This document shows, in pieces, positions 1 to 9,971 of a stretch of DNA of 64,000 bases. Position numbers and translations under genes: made by a program. This stretch comes from Verrucomicrobiia bacterium (GTDB lineage Bacteria; Verrucomicrobiota; Verrucomicrobiia; Limisphaerales; UBA1319): assembly GCA_963664225.1 (NCBI GenBank), contig OY760937.1, forward strand, positions 4,576,001 to 4,640,000, given 5' to 3'. The notes beneath the pieces are model-generated. The model did not search any database and had not been told where the DNA came from. It worked only from the letters and a program-made list of their open reading frames with translations. Within the stretch, counting starts at the first letter, position 1. Every line of letters begins with the position of its first letter.

Positions 1-1461
1 TGCGCGAAGGTTCTCCTGGTCACGCTCGTGTCTCCAGCCCTTCTGGCCGGATGCGCCGTTGGGCCGAATTATTCCCGACCCACTGCATTGGGCACAAACG
101 CCATGCCGGCGGCATTCACCGGCGCCACCTCGACAAACACCGGGCAATGGAAGCTGGCCCAGCCATCTGCCAATCTGCCGCGCGGATCGTGGTGGGATGT
201 TTTTGGTGATCCCGATTTAAATCGTCTCGAAAATCAAGCCACAACCAATAACCAGCAACTCGCCGCCGCCCTGGCCAATTTCCAGCAGGCGCGAGCCCTG
301 GTTAATATTTCAAGCGCGGGCTATTTTCCCCAACTTTCAGCCACGCCAGGCTTCAACCGCCAGCGCACCAGCGCCAACCAGTTTTCACGCGGTACGGGGA
401 CCGGATCGAGTTCCACCTATAGTACCTTTAGCGTCCCGCTCGATGCGAGTTGGGAACTCGATTTGTGGGGGCGCGTGCGCCGTGCCGTTGAAGGGAGTCG
501 CGCTCGAATGGCTGCAGTCGAAGATGATTTGGAATCACTAAAGCTTGCGATTCAGGCGGAGGTCGCGATCGATTACTTCACATTGCGGTCCCAGGATGCC
601 CAGTATCGGTTGCTTAAAGAGACCGCGGTCACCTACAGCAGGTCGCTTGAACTGACTCAAAACCGGCGCGCGGGCGGTATTGCCACCGACCTGGATGTTT
701 CCCAGGCCGAAACGCAGCTTCGGGCCGCGGAGGCCCAGATTCCCGCTGTGGATCTGCAACGCACTAATCTTCGCCACGCCCTGGCGACTCTCTGTGGCGA
801 GCCAGCCACACACTTTGAACTTGGCGAAACGACGAATTCGGTCAATGTGCTCAGTTTTCCTGCAGAGCTTCCGAGTGAACTTCTCGAGCATCGACCGGAT
901 ATTGCGGCTGCTGAACGCAGGATGGCTGCGGCGAACGCGGATGTCGGAGTGGCCTACTCTGCATTCTTTCCAAGTATCACGCTTAGTGGATTGGCCGGCT
1001 TTCAATCGATTAGCGCCAGCAGCCTTTTCAACTGGGACAGCCGCCTTTGGTCTGTCGGACCTTCGTTATCGCTGCCATTGTTTACTGGTGGTCGCAACCG
1101 CGCCCAATTGGCCGTAACCCGGGCGGCTTATGATGCCACCGTGGCGAACTATCGGCAGACCGTGCTGAGCGCCTTCCAGGACGTGGAAGATCAACTAGCG
1201 GCGCAGAGACTTTTGAAGCAGCAATATGATGCCGAAAATGCAGCGCTCAAAGCGGCCAAACGAACGCTGGAGATATCCTTGAGCCGTTACAAAGGCGGTG
1301 TCATCACTTACCTCGAAGTCGCGACCGCCCAGAGCATGGCGCTCGCTCACGAGCAAACCGTGGTCCAATTGAACGCGGCAAGATTCAATGCCAGCGTTTC
1401 CTTAATCAAGGCCTTGGGAGCCGGATGGACTGCCCAATCAGGATCTCACTCCCAGCACTGA
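1..1461 (+). CDS. RND efflux outer-membrane factor lipoprotein (NodT/OprM family), 5' partial
   Basis: Frame is open from base 1 (CAKVLLVTLVSPALLAGC); lipobox LAGC followed by AVGPNY; motifs WWDVFGDPDLNRL, SWELDLWGRVRR, LPSELLEHRPDIAAAER, LIKALGAGW. Confidence 0.92.
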   Translation, partial: CAKVLLVTLVSPALLAGCAVGPNYSRPTALGTNAMPAAFTGATSTNTGQWKLAQPSANLPRGSWWDVFGDPDLNRLENQATTNNQQLAAALANFQQARALVNISSAGYFPQLSATPGFNRQRTSANQFSRGTGTGSSSTYSTFSVPLDASWELDLWGRVRRAVEGSRARMAAVEDDLESLKLAIQAEVAIDYFTLRSQDAQYRLLKETAVTYSRSLELTQNRRAGGIATDLDVSQAETQLRAAEAQIPAVDLQRTNLRHALATLCGEPATHFELGETTNSVNVLSFPAELPSELLEHRPDIAAAERRMAAANADVGVAYSAFFPSITLSGLAGFQSISASSLFNWDSRLWSVGPSLSLPLFTGGRNRAQLAVTRAAYDATVANYRQTVLSAFQDVEDQLAAQRLLKQQYDAENAALKAAKRTLEISLSRYKGGVITYLEVATAQSMALAHEQTVVQLNAARFNASVSLIKALGAGWTAQSGSHSQH

Positions 1462-1520
1462 AGTTCAGTTCCGCTGATGGACGTCGGTCGTTCGTGGTTC
1501 TCAACTCCTTATTGCAAAAG

Positions 1521-1539
1521 TTGTCAAAGCTCTTGACAA
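1521..1539. promoter_or_regulatory. Inverted repeat TTGTCAA-N5-TTGACAA containing a TTGACA -35 box upstream of the GH78 gene
   Basis: Perfect 7-bp inverted repeat read directly; AT-rich TATTAAT follows at 1553-1559. Confidence 0.45.
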
Positions 1540-1569
1540 TACGTTTTAAGTTTATTAATTCCCGGTGCT

Positions 1570-4356
1570 GTGAAGTTCACATCTCTTTCTTTGGCATTGG
1601 CCTGTCTGGTTTCGGTGATGGCGGGAATTGAAGCGCAAGCCGCCATCGTCGTTCAGGACCTGCGCTGCGAGTATCGCGCGAACCCGCTGGGCATTGACAA
1701 TTCCCAACCCCGCCTGGGCTGGGTTTTGGAGGCGGATCGGCGTGGGGAAAACCAGACGGCCTACCAGGTGCTGGTTGCCTCCACTGCCGCAAAGCTCGCC
1801 AGCGGCAATGCCGACCTCTGGGACAGCGGCAAGGTGGTCTCGCCGGAGTCAGTGAAGGTGGTCTATTCCGGGAAGCCGCTCAGTTCCGGGCAGTGCGTCT
1901 GGTGGAAGGTTCGGGTTTGGGGAAACGACGATCACGCGTCCCATTACAGCAAACCGGCTTCGATTGAAACCGGGTTGCTGTCGCCAATCGATTGGCACGC
2001 ACAGTGGATTCAGCGCAAATCCGCCGGTCCGTTGACCGAGGCTCAGATGTTCGCAGACCAACCCGCGCCAATTTTTCGCAAGGATTTCGTCCTCGACAAG
2101 AAAATCAAACGGGCGCGCGCCTACGCGAGCGGCCTGGGTTATTACGAGTTGCGGCTCAACGGCAATCGTGTTGGGGATCATGTGCTCGATCCTGGTTGGA
2201 CGAGTTACTCCAAACGGGTTCTCTATTCGACGTATGACGTGACAGCACAGCTAAAGCGTGGGCGTAATGCGATGGGCTTGATGCTGGGCAATGGCTGGTT
2301 TAATCCGCTGCCGTTGCGCATGTGGGGTCACATCAATCCTCGTGAGGCTTTGACCATCGGTGAACCGCGCGCCATTGTTCAGCTTGTGGTTGAATATGCG
2401 GATGGCACCAAGGCCACCATTGTCACCGATCCAAGCTGGCGCGTGAGCGATGGTCCGATCCTGCGAAACAGCGTCTATCTTGGAGAGGTCTATGACGCCC
2501 GGCGCGAGCAGCCAGGATGGGATGCGGCTGGGTTTGACGATTCACGATGGGAACCTGCTGAGCTTGCCGGTGAACCCACAGTTGGTCCTTTGCGCGCACA
2601 GGACGCACCGCCGATACGTATCACGCGCACCCTCAAGGCCGTGAAGATTGGCGAGCCGAAACCCGGAGTGTATATCTTCGATTTTGGCCAAAACTTTGCC
2701 GGATGGGCGCGATTAAGGGTGAAAGGTCCGGCTGGGACTCATGTGCGCCTCCGCTCAGGCGAACTCATTTATCCCGATGGCACCTTGAATGGAATGACCG
2801 CAGTATGCGGTCAAATCAAGGGCGGTGGCACCAATTACGTCCATGAAGGGGAAGGGGAGCCCAAGACCGCTTTTCAAGTGGATGAATATACTCTGAAGGG
2901 TAAGGGGACTGAAATATTCACGCCTCGATTCACCTTCCACGGATTTCGATATGTCGAGGTCACCGGTTTTCCGGGCAAGCCGGCATTGGATTCGCTCGAA
3001 GGTTTGCGATTGAACACGGACGTCGCCAGCGCCGGGACCTTCGAGTGTTCCAACGAGATGTTCAACCGGATTCAACGCATGGTGCTATGGACTGAATTAA
3101 GCAACCTGTTCAGCGTTCAATCGGATTGTCCCCACCGCGAGAAATATGGTTACGGAGGCGATATTGTGGCCTCCAGCGAGATGGGCATGCTGAACTTCGA
3201 CATGTCGGGCTTTTACTCGAAGGCGGCGCAGGATCTGATGGATGCGGTGCGCCCCAATGGTGGTTTTACAGAGACCTCGCCCTTTGTGGGCATCAGCGAT
3301 GAGGGATTGGGTGATAAATCAGGTCCCATTGGATGGGGCACCGCGCAACCACTCCTTCTGGCCCAGCTCCGCCAATACTATGGGGATGATCGGCCGCTGC
3401 GCGAGCAATACGAAGCCACCAAACGTTGGGTGGCGCTGCTGCGCTCCCTGGCGAAAGACGGCATACTTGACAACGGTATCAGTGATCACGAAAGCCTGGT
3501 TCCGAAACCGCGCGCGCTTTCGGGCACGGCGTTTTATTACTTTAACGTGAAGCTCTTGGCGCAACTGGCCGCCGCACTGGGAAAGGACGCCGACGCCCAG
3601 GAGGCCGCCACGCTTGCTGAAGAAATCAAAACTGCGTTCAACCAGAAATTCCTGGCAAAGGGCACGGGCCGTTATGATGCCGCCACTCAAGCTTGTCAGG
3701 CGTTTGCACTCTACCACGGTCTGGTTCCGGCCAACGAACAATCTCGCGCATTGGACGTGCTCGTCGCTGATATTGCCAGCCATGGGGATCATCTGACCAC
3801 AGGCATCTTTGGCACCAAGTATATGCTCGACGTGCTCACAGACGCGGGACGCGCAGACGTGGCGTATCGCATCGTAAATCAGACTACTTTTCCGGGCTGG
3901 GGCTACATGCTGGAACAGGGTGCCACCACGCTCTGGGAACACTGGGAATTCAGCGACAACACCTTTTCGCACAATCATCCGATGTTTGGTTCCGTGAGCG
4001 AATGGTTTTACAAGGCTCTGGCCGGAATCCTGCATGCCCCCGATGCCGTGGGTTTCGACAAGATACTGATCAAGCCGCAACCGGTGGGCGATCTAAAATG
4101 GGCGCGCGCAAGCCATGACACGGTGCGCGGCAGGGTTTCGAGCGCATGGGATAAGACGAATGGCAAATTCAAATTGAGCATTGCGATCCCAGCCAACACC
4201 CTCGCAGAGGTGCATGTGCCGGCGCGGGACGTTTCACATGTGACCGAAGGTCGCAAAGCTGCCGCCAGCGCGCGCGGGGTCAAGTTCCTGCGAATGGAAG
4301 GAAACGCCGCTGTCTTTGCCGTGGGCTCGGGTCACTACGAATTCGTGGCTGAGTGA
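1570..4356 (+). CDS. Secreted alpha-L-rhamnosidase, glycoside hydrolase family 78
   Basis: Signal peptide; LRCEYRANPLGID, GLGYYELRLNG, DFGQNFAGW, FTFHGFRYVEV, SDCPHREK, GATTLWEHW, SHNHPMFG motifs. Confidence 0.93.
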   Translation: MKFTSLSLALACLVSVMAGIEAQAAIVVQDLRCEYRANPLGIDNSQPRLGWVLEADRRGENQTAYQVLVASTAAKLASGNADLWDSGKVVSPESVKVVYSGKPLSSGQCVWWKVRVWGNDDHASHYSKPASIETGLLSPIDWHAQWIQRKSAGPLTEAQMFADQPAPIFRKDFVLDKKIKRARAYASGLGYYELRLNGNRVGDHVLDPGWTSYSKRVLYSTYDVTAQLKRGRNAMGLMLGNGWFNPLPLRMWGHINPREALTIGEPRAIVQLVVEYADGTKATIVTDPSWRVSDGPILRNSVYLGEVYDARREQPGWDAAGFDDSRWEPAELAGEPTVGPLRAQDAPPIRITRTLKAVKIGEPKPGVYIFDFGQNFAGWARLRVKGPAGTHVRLRSGELIYPDGTLNGMTAVCGQIKGGGTNYVHEGEGEPKTAFQVDEYTLKGKGTEIFTPRFTFHGFRYVEVTGFPGKPALDSLEGLRLNTDVASAGTFECSNEMFNRIQRMVLWTELSNLFSVQSDCPHREKYGYGGDIVASSEMGMLNFDMSGFYSKAAQDLMDAVRPNGGFTETSPFVGISDEGLGDKSGPIGWGTAQPLLLAQLRQYYGDDRPLREQYEATKRWVALLRSLAKDGILDNGISDHESLVPKPRALSGTAFYYFNVKLLAQLAAALGKDADAQEAATLAEEIKTAFNQKFLAKGTGRYDAATQACQAFALYHGLVPANEQSRALDVLVADIASHGDHLTTGIFGTKYMLDVLTDAGRADVAYRIVNQTTFPGWGYMLEQGATTLWEHWEFSDNTFSHNHPMFGSVSEWFYKALAGILHAPDAVGFDKILIKPQPVGDLKWARASHDTVRGRVSSAWDKTNGKFKLSIAIPANTLAEVHVPARDVSHVTEGRKAAASARGVKFLRMEGNAAVFAVGSGHYEFVAE

Positions 4357-4437
4357 GTTGCTTAACGGGACGTGTTGTGAATTCGCATGGGTGAGTTATG
4401 GTCTTGAATACATTCACGATTGTGGTAAAAATCTGCC

Positions 4438-6087
4438 ATGACAATCCCATCGACGCCAGCATCTGAGACTATCTCTGGAGACAGTGGTCAACCACAGCCG
4501 AAGACCCCTCCGGACGGGACCGCCAAACCGCTGCGCGTGGCCATTCTATATAAACGCAACACGGAGCCCGACGAATCCCTGATGCGGTGGCTGGAGGAAA
4601 ATCTGACTCGAAACGGCCAGACGGTGTTTATTGACCGTCAACTCGAAATGGGTGTGGATTGGGCCCGCGAAATCGAAAAACAAATTCGCGAGTCCGACGC
4701 CATCATTCCCTTGCTCTCTGCGGAATCGATTCGCAGTGAAATGATGGGCTTTGAGATTGAACATGCCCATGAGACCGCCCAAAGCCAATACGGCCGTCCG
4801 CGCCTCCTGCCGGTGCGGGTGGATTATACCGGTCCGCTGCCCGAACCGCTCGGCGGCATCCTGGAGCCCATACAATATTATTTATGGCAGGGAAACCAGG
4901 ACCATGAAGGCCTGCTGTCAGAATTATTCGATGCCTTGCGCCACTTGCCGTCGGCTGAACCAGTCACTTTCCCGCTTCCCGAAAAAGGTCATCGCCTGAC
5001 GCCGTTGCCCCCGCCACCGGCCAAAGCCGCCGGGTCCGAGCCGACACCCCATCTCTGGGTGACGCCCCTTGCGCTCGAATCCGTCGGCGGGGCGGTTCCC
5101 TTGGAATCGAAGTATTATGTCAAACGAGCGGTCGATACGGAAATGCAGAACGCCCTGTCCCATCGCGACAGCATCGTTTTAATCAAGGGCGCCCGCCAGA
5201 TGGGCAAGACATCGCTGCTTGCCCGGGGACTGCAATTCGCGCGCGAATCCGGCGCGAGGACGGCGTTCATCGATTGTCAGAAGCTGAGCGCCTTTAATCT
5301 GGATAATATCAATAATTTTTACATGACCCTAGCGGAATCGCTTGCGGATCAATTGGATCTGCCGGTTTTGCCGTCCGAGGCCTGGGATCCCCGGCGGGGA
5401 CCCAACATTAATTTTGAACGGTACGTTCGCCGCGAAGTGCTGGGTCGGCTGCAGGCGCCGCTGGTCTGGGGATTGGACGAAGTGGATCGGTTGTTCCCCT
5501 GTTCGTTTGGCAGCGAGGTCTTTGGCCTTTTTCGGTCCTGGCATAACGAGCGGGCTTTGGACCCGACCGGTCCGTGGGCCGGGCTGACGCTGGCGATCGC
5601 TTACGCCACCGAGGCGCACCTGTTCATCACCGACATGAATCAATCGCCGTTCAACGTGGGCACCCGCCTGGCCTTGGATGATTTTCTGCCTGTGCAAATT
5701 GACGAATTGAATCGCCGATATGGGAATCCGCTCAAGAATTCGGAGGAGTTAAACCGGTTTGCCCGCCTGGTCGGAGGCCATCCCTATCTGGTCCGCCGCG
5801 GTTTGCATGAGTTCGCCTTGAACAAAACAAGCATGGATACCTTCGAAACCATGGCTCCGCGCGACGAAGGGATTTACGGAGATCATCTGCGCCGCATTCT
5901 GGTGTTGCTGGCCAAGGACCCGGTATTGATGGAGGTCGTGCGTGGAATCCTGCACGAAAAACCGTGCCCTACGCCGGAGAGCTTCTATCGGTTGCGCAGC
6001 GCCGGTGTGGTGGCCGGCAATTCGCCTTCGGATGCGCGTCCACGCTGTCGGCTCTACGCCATGTACCTGCGGCGCCACCTCCTATGA
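4438..6087 (+). CDS. TIR domain plus AAA_35-type (STAND-like) P-loop NTPase
   Basis: TIR pattern [62 protein letters not shown]; Walker [10 protein letters not shown]; Walker B GLDEVD; QSPFNVG; GGHPYL. Confidence 0.88.
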   Translation: MTIPSTPASETISGDSGQPQPKTPPDGTAKPLRVAILYKRNTEPDESLMRWLEENLTRNGQTVFIDRQLEMGVDWAREIEKQIRESDAIIPLLSAESIRSEMMGFEIEHAHETAQSQYGRPRLLPVRVDYTGPLPEPLGGILEPIQYYLWQGNQDHEGLLSELFDALRHLPSAEPVTFPLPEKGHRLTPLPPPPAKAAGSEPTPHLWVTPLALESVGGAVPLESKYYVKRAVDTEMQNALSHRDSIVLIKGARQMGKTSLLARGLQFARESGARTAFIDCQKLSAFNLDNINNFYMTLAESLADQLDLPVLPSEAWDPRRGPNINFERYVRREVLGRLQAPLVWGLDEVDRLFPCSFGSEVFGLFRSWHNERALDPTGPWAGLTLAIAYATEAHLFITDMNQSPFNVGTRLALDDFLPVQIDELNRRYGNPLKNSEELNRFARLVGGHPYLVRRGLHEFALNKTSMDTFETMAPRDEGIYGDHLRRILVLLAKDPVLMEVVRGILHEKPCPTPESFYRLRSAGVVAGNSPSDARPRCRLYAMYLRRHLL

Positions 6088-6124
6088 TTGAGAACGGCCA
6101 GTTGCCGGTTTCTTTGCTTTGCAC

Positions 6125-8068
6125 ATGAGTGCGGACAATGCCTCGTTTTATGTCATCGGCGGCACCCTTCGTGCCGATGCTGCCTGTTACGTCGAACGCA
6201 AGGCGGATCGCGATCTGCTCGAAAGCCTGCAAGCGGGTGACTGCTGTTATGTGCTGACCTCCCGTCAAATGGGCAAGTCCTCGCTCATGGTGCGGACCGC
6301 CCAGAAACTGCGTGCCCAGGGCAGCGAGGTCGTGGTGCTGGATTTGACCGCCATCGGGCAAAATCTCACTCCCGAACAATGGTATGACGGCCTTAACGTC
6401 CGCATGGGCCGACAACTCCGCCGGGAAGAAGAGTTGGAGGATTATTGGATCAAGAACGAGCGATTGAGTCCCGTGCAACGCTTCTTCAGCGCCATCCGAG
6501 ATCTGGTTCTGCCGAAATTGACCGGCTCCCTGGTCGTGTTTGTGGATGAAATCGATATTGTTCGCTCACTTCCGTTTTCCATCGACGAATTTTTCGCGGC
6601 GATCCGCGAGTGCTACACCCGGAGGACCGTGGATCCGGAGTTCAACCGGCTTGCCTTCTGTCTGATGGGCGTGGCCACCCCTGGAGATCTTATCAAAGAC
6701 GTTCGTATGACGCCGTTCAACATTGCCCGGCGCATCGAATTACGGGATTTCACAGAGGCCGAAGCCCAGCCACTGGCCAACGCCCTGGGGCGGTCCTCCT
6801 ACCTTGCCAAACGCATGTTGCGGCGCATCCTATACTGGACCGGCGGCCATCCCTACCTGACCCAGCGGCTTTGCCAGGCTGTGGCTTCGGATACCGGATT
6901 GTGGCGCCTCAAGCATGTGGATCAGGTATGCCAGGAGATTTTCCTGTCGCATCGGGCACGGGAACGCGACGACAACCTGCTGTTTGTGCGCGAGCGCTTA
7001 TTGCGCAGCGAGGCCGATCGCATCAAACTCCTCCGTCTCTACCGCAAAGTCCATCTGACCACTCATATCACCGGCATCTTCCGTCTCGGCCTGGGTCTCG
7101 AAAAAATTGCGCCCGTGGCGGACGAGGAGACCAATCCCCTGGTAAGCGTCCTGCGACTCTCAGGCATCACCCGCGAGGAAAAGGGTTTTCTCAAAGTGCG
7201 CAACCGAATTTACTATCAAGCCTTTGATCGTAATTGGATTCTGGCGAACATGCCCGAGGTGGAAATCTGGCGGTGGGTGGTTTATTTCCTGACTGGATTA
7301 AAGCGGCTGGCCAGCTTCCTTATTTGGGTGGCGGTTATCCTCACTGTGTTCGGTTATTCCATCTCCATATTCACCAGGACCTTTCGGGACAAGTATTTTA
7401 CAGCCCTGGTCAATCAGCCCATGGCCGTCCACCGTCCGCATCCTATCGTATCTTCGCGCCCTGGGGATGCGTCGGCCCGCCTTCTGGATCTGACCCGGTT
7501 TTACAACGCCTCTCTGCGGGACAACTGGCACGATGGTTTTGCGGGATCTCTTGCCTCCCTGCCCGTCGGGCTTTCGGAGTTTAAAGGCATTCGGTTTGAC
7601 GTACGAGCCATCGTGCAACTCTCAGGTACAGAGTTAATCAGCCGTGGTTATCCGCCCAAAATCGAGGGCCTCCCAGTCCGCCAAAAATGCGCGCGCCTGC
7701 ATTTCCTGGGCGCCACTGGCTGGGATGAAGCCATGGGCCGCCAAGTCGCTAACGTGGTCGTCCATTATGCAAATGGCCAAAAACGATTCATTCCACTTCT
7801 CTACGGACAGGACCTTCTAGACTGGGCTCACGATGCCACCGATGAGCCTCAAAAAGCGGGTGCGCAGGTGGCCTGGGTCGGAGACAGCAGGGATAGTAAT
7901 ATGGATAACCCATTGCGACGCCTGTTCCTGATCACTAAAGACAATCCGCTGCCCGACGAGGAAATCGCCACACTCGATTTGGAATCCACGATGAGTCGCG
8001 CCGCCCCGTTCTTTGTCGCAATCACGGTTGATCCATCCAACAGCCCGGCAGAAGCCGAGGCGCAATAG
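6125..8068 (+). CDS. AAA_35-type NTPase with one TM helix and a C-terminal extracytoplasmic beta-sandwich-like domain
   Basis: FYVIGGTLRADAACYVERKAD; Walker A SRQMGKSS; Walker B FVDEID; TPFNIA; WTGGHPYLTQRLC; LKVRNRIY; hydrophobic LASFLIWVAVILTVFGYSISIF; about 210-aa C-terminal domain. ATG 6125 preferred over TTG 6119. Confidence 0.85.
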   Translation: MSADNASFYVIGGTLRADAACYVERKADRDLLESLQAGDCCYVLTSRQMGKSSLMVRTAQKLRAQGSEVVVLDLTAIGQNLTPEQWYDGLNVRMGRQLRREEELEDYWIKNERLSPVQRFFSAIRDLVLPKLTGSLVVFVDEIDIVRSLPFSIDEFFAAIRECYTRRTVDPEFNRLAFCLMGVATPGDLIKDVRMTPFNIARRIELRDFTEAEAQPLANALGRSSYLAKRMLRRILYWTGGHPYLTQRLCQAVASDTGLWRLKHVDQVCQEIFLSHRARERDDNLLFVRERLLRSEADRIKLLRLYRKVHLTTHITGIFRLGLGLEKIAPVADEETNPLVSVLRLSGITREEKGFLKVRNRIYYQAFDRNWILANMPEVEIWRWVVYFLTGLKRLASFLIWVAVILTVFGYSISIFTRTFRDKYFTALVNQPMAVHRPHPIVSSRPGDASARLLDLTRFYNASLRDNWHDGFAGSLASLPVGLSEFKGIRFDVRAIVQLSGTELISRGYPPKIEGLPVRQKCARLHFLGATGWDEAMGRQVANVVVHYANGQKRFIPLLYGQDLLDWAHDATDEPQKAGAQVAWVGDSRDSNMDNPLRRLFLITKDNPLPDEEIATLDLESTMSRAAPFFVAITVDPSNSPAEAEAQ

Positions 8069-8122
8069 AAAAATCCGAGAGACTAAGCGCTGGCGAGTCT
8101 TCGCTCTATTCTCCATTCTATA

Positions 8123-8150
8123 TTGACGCGGACGGCGCGGCCTTTAGCAT
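8123..8150 (+). promoter_or_regulatory. sigma70-like promoter of the GH29 gene
   Basis: TTGACG (8123-8128), 16-nt spacer, TAGCAT (8145-8150). Confidence 0.45.
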
Positions 8151-8235
8151 ATTCAAAATGACTCCCGTAAAAGCTTGTTTGGCGCCACTCGGGCCGCTCA
8201 ATAAAAGCGATTATTCATCGCATTTGCTCGTTGGC

Positions 8236-9882
8236 ATGAAATTCATTCTTTTGACTGTCCTCCTATTGGGGTGCTTGCCGTTGAACGCTGCGGAACCCAA
8301 GGACGGAACTGATTCACAGCGAATTGAATGGTGGCGGGATGCGCGGTTTGGCCTGTTCATTCATTGGGGGCCGGTCAGCCTTCAAGGGACGGAAATTGGC
8401 TGGTCAAGGGGAGGGGAACGTAGGGGCTATGGGAGCACTGGGACCGAGGTGCCGGTGGCGGTTTACGACAATCTCTACAAGAAGTTCAATCCCACGAATT
8501 ATAACGCCGAACAATGGGTGGCGTTGGCGAAAGCGGCGGGGATGAAATATGTGGTCTTTACCAGCCGGCATCATGATGGATTTAGCATGTTCGACACGAA
8601 GGCCAACGATTACAAGATTACTTCGGCAGAAAGTCCGTTCCGGCGCGATGTGGTTCGGGAATTGGCCGACGCCTGCCATAAGGCTGGCATGCCTTTCGGG
8701 CTGTATTATTCGCAGCCCAACTGGCAGCACCCGGATGCCTTCACGAGTGATCGCCATGCCCGGTACCTGGCCTATCTCAAGATCCAGTTGCGGGAGCTTC
8801 TGACGAATTATGGAAAAGTGGATATCCTCTGGTTCGATGGCCTTGGAAAAACCGCCGCTGATTATGATGCTGTGGCTTTGAATAAGATGATTCGCGAACT
8901 CCAACCCGGCATTCTCATCAATAACCGCAATGGCCTGCCGGAGGATTTCGATACTCCGGAGCAGGTGATTGGCAAGTTCCAGAATGATCGTCCGTGGGAG
9001 AGTTGCATCACGATCTGCGAGCAATGGGCGTGGAAGCCCGGCGACAACATGAAATCGCTGCAAAAGTGCCTGGAAACGTTGATTCGGTGCGCGGGCGGCG
9101 ATGGTAATCTGCTGTTCAACGTGGGGCCGATGCCCGATGGGCGCATCGAACCTCGCCAGGAGGCGCGATTGTGTGAAATGGGCGCATGGCTGGCCAAAAA
9201 TGGGCAAACCATTTACGGAACGCGCGGAGGGCCTTGGAAACCCAATGCCTCCGTAGCCAGCACGCGTCGAGGAAATACGATTTTTGTTCATATTCTCAAA
9301 TGGAACGGGGCGACGGTTACGCTGCCAAACATCCCTCGCAAAATCATGGTTGCATCCCTTATAACCGGCGGGAAAGTTGATCTGAAACAAACGGATGAGG
9401 GGATTGTTCTCTCGGTGCCAGTCGGCGATCGGCAGCCAATCGACACCCTTGTGAAACTCGAGTTGGACGGTTCGGCCATGGATCTGGCACCGGTCGGCGT
9501 GGCGTCCGGGATCAAGGCAGCCGCCTCGAATGTCTATCACCACATGGAGGATTATGATGCTGCGAAGGCGTTCGATGGAGATCCTTCCACGCGTTGGGCC
9601 ACAGATGATGGAACCCATCAGGCCTGGATATCCACGGATTTTGGAAAATTGAGAACCTTTCATCATGTGGTGATCCATGAGGATTACGAGGGGCGCGTTC
9701 GGAAATTTGACCTGCAATACAAGGATCCCAATGGAGCGAACGCGTGGCGGACCATCCTGTCGGGCACCACGCTGGGGAAAGATTACTCGAAGGAGTTTCC
9801 TCCAGTTGCAGCGCGTGAGGTGCGGCTCAACATCCTTGAGGCCACCGAGGGTCCCACCATTTCTGAGATTCGCTTCGAATAG
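8236..9882 (+). CDS. alpha-L-fucosidase (GH29) with C-terminal F5/8 type C (discoidin) domain
   Basis: WWRDARFGLFIHWG, AGMKYVVFTSRHHDGF, ILWFDG, GNLLFNVGP; C-terminal AFDGDPSTRW...ISEIRF. ATG 8236 gives a clean signal peptide; in-frame ATG 8158 is the alternative. Confidence 0.93.
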   Translation: MKFILLTVLLLGCLPLNAAEPKDGTDSQRIEWWRDARFGLFIHWGPVSLQGTEIGWSRGGERRGYGSTGTEVPVAVYDNLYKKFNPTNYNAEQWVALAKAAGMKYVVFTSRHHDGFSMFDTKANDYKITSAESPFRRDVVRELADACHKAGMPFGLYYSQPNWQHPDAFTSDRHARYLAYLKIQLRELLTNYGKVDILWFDGLGKTAADYDAVALNKMIRELQPGILINNRNGLPEDFDTPEQVIGKFQNDRPWESCITICEQWAWKPGDNMKSLQKCLETLIRCAGGDGNLLFNVGPMPDGRIEPRQEARLCEMGAWLAKNGQTIYGTRGGPWKPNASVASTRRGNTIFVHILKWNGATVTLPNIPRKIMVASLITGGKVDLKQTDEGIVLSVPVGDRQPIDTLVKLELDGSAMDLAPVGVASGIKAAASNVYHHMEDYDAAKAFDGDPSTRWATDDGTHQAWISTDFGKLRTFHHVVIHEDYEGRVRKFDLQYKDPNGANAWRTILSGTTLGKDYSKEFPPVAAREVRLNILEATEGPTISEIRFE

Positions 9883-9971
9883 TGGAACCGAATAAGAGAC
9901 CGTTCGAATGCGTCAGAACTGGACAGCGCAACCCTGAAACCATAAGAATTACCGCGTAAACCTGATTTAAT

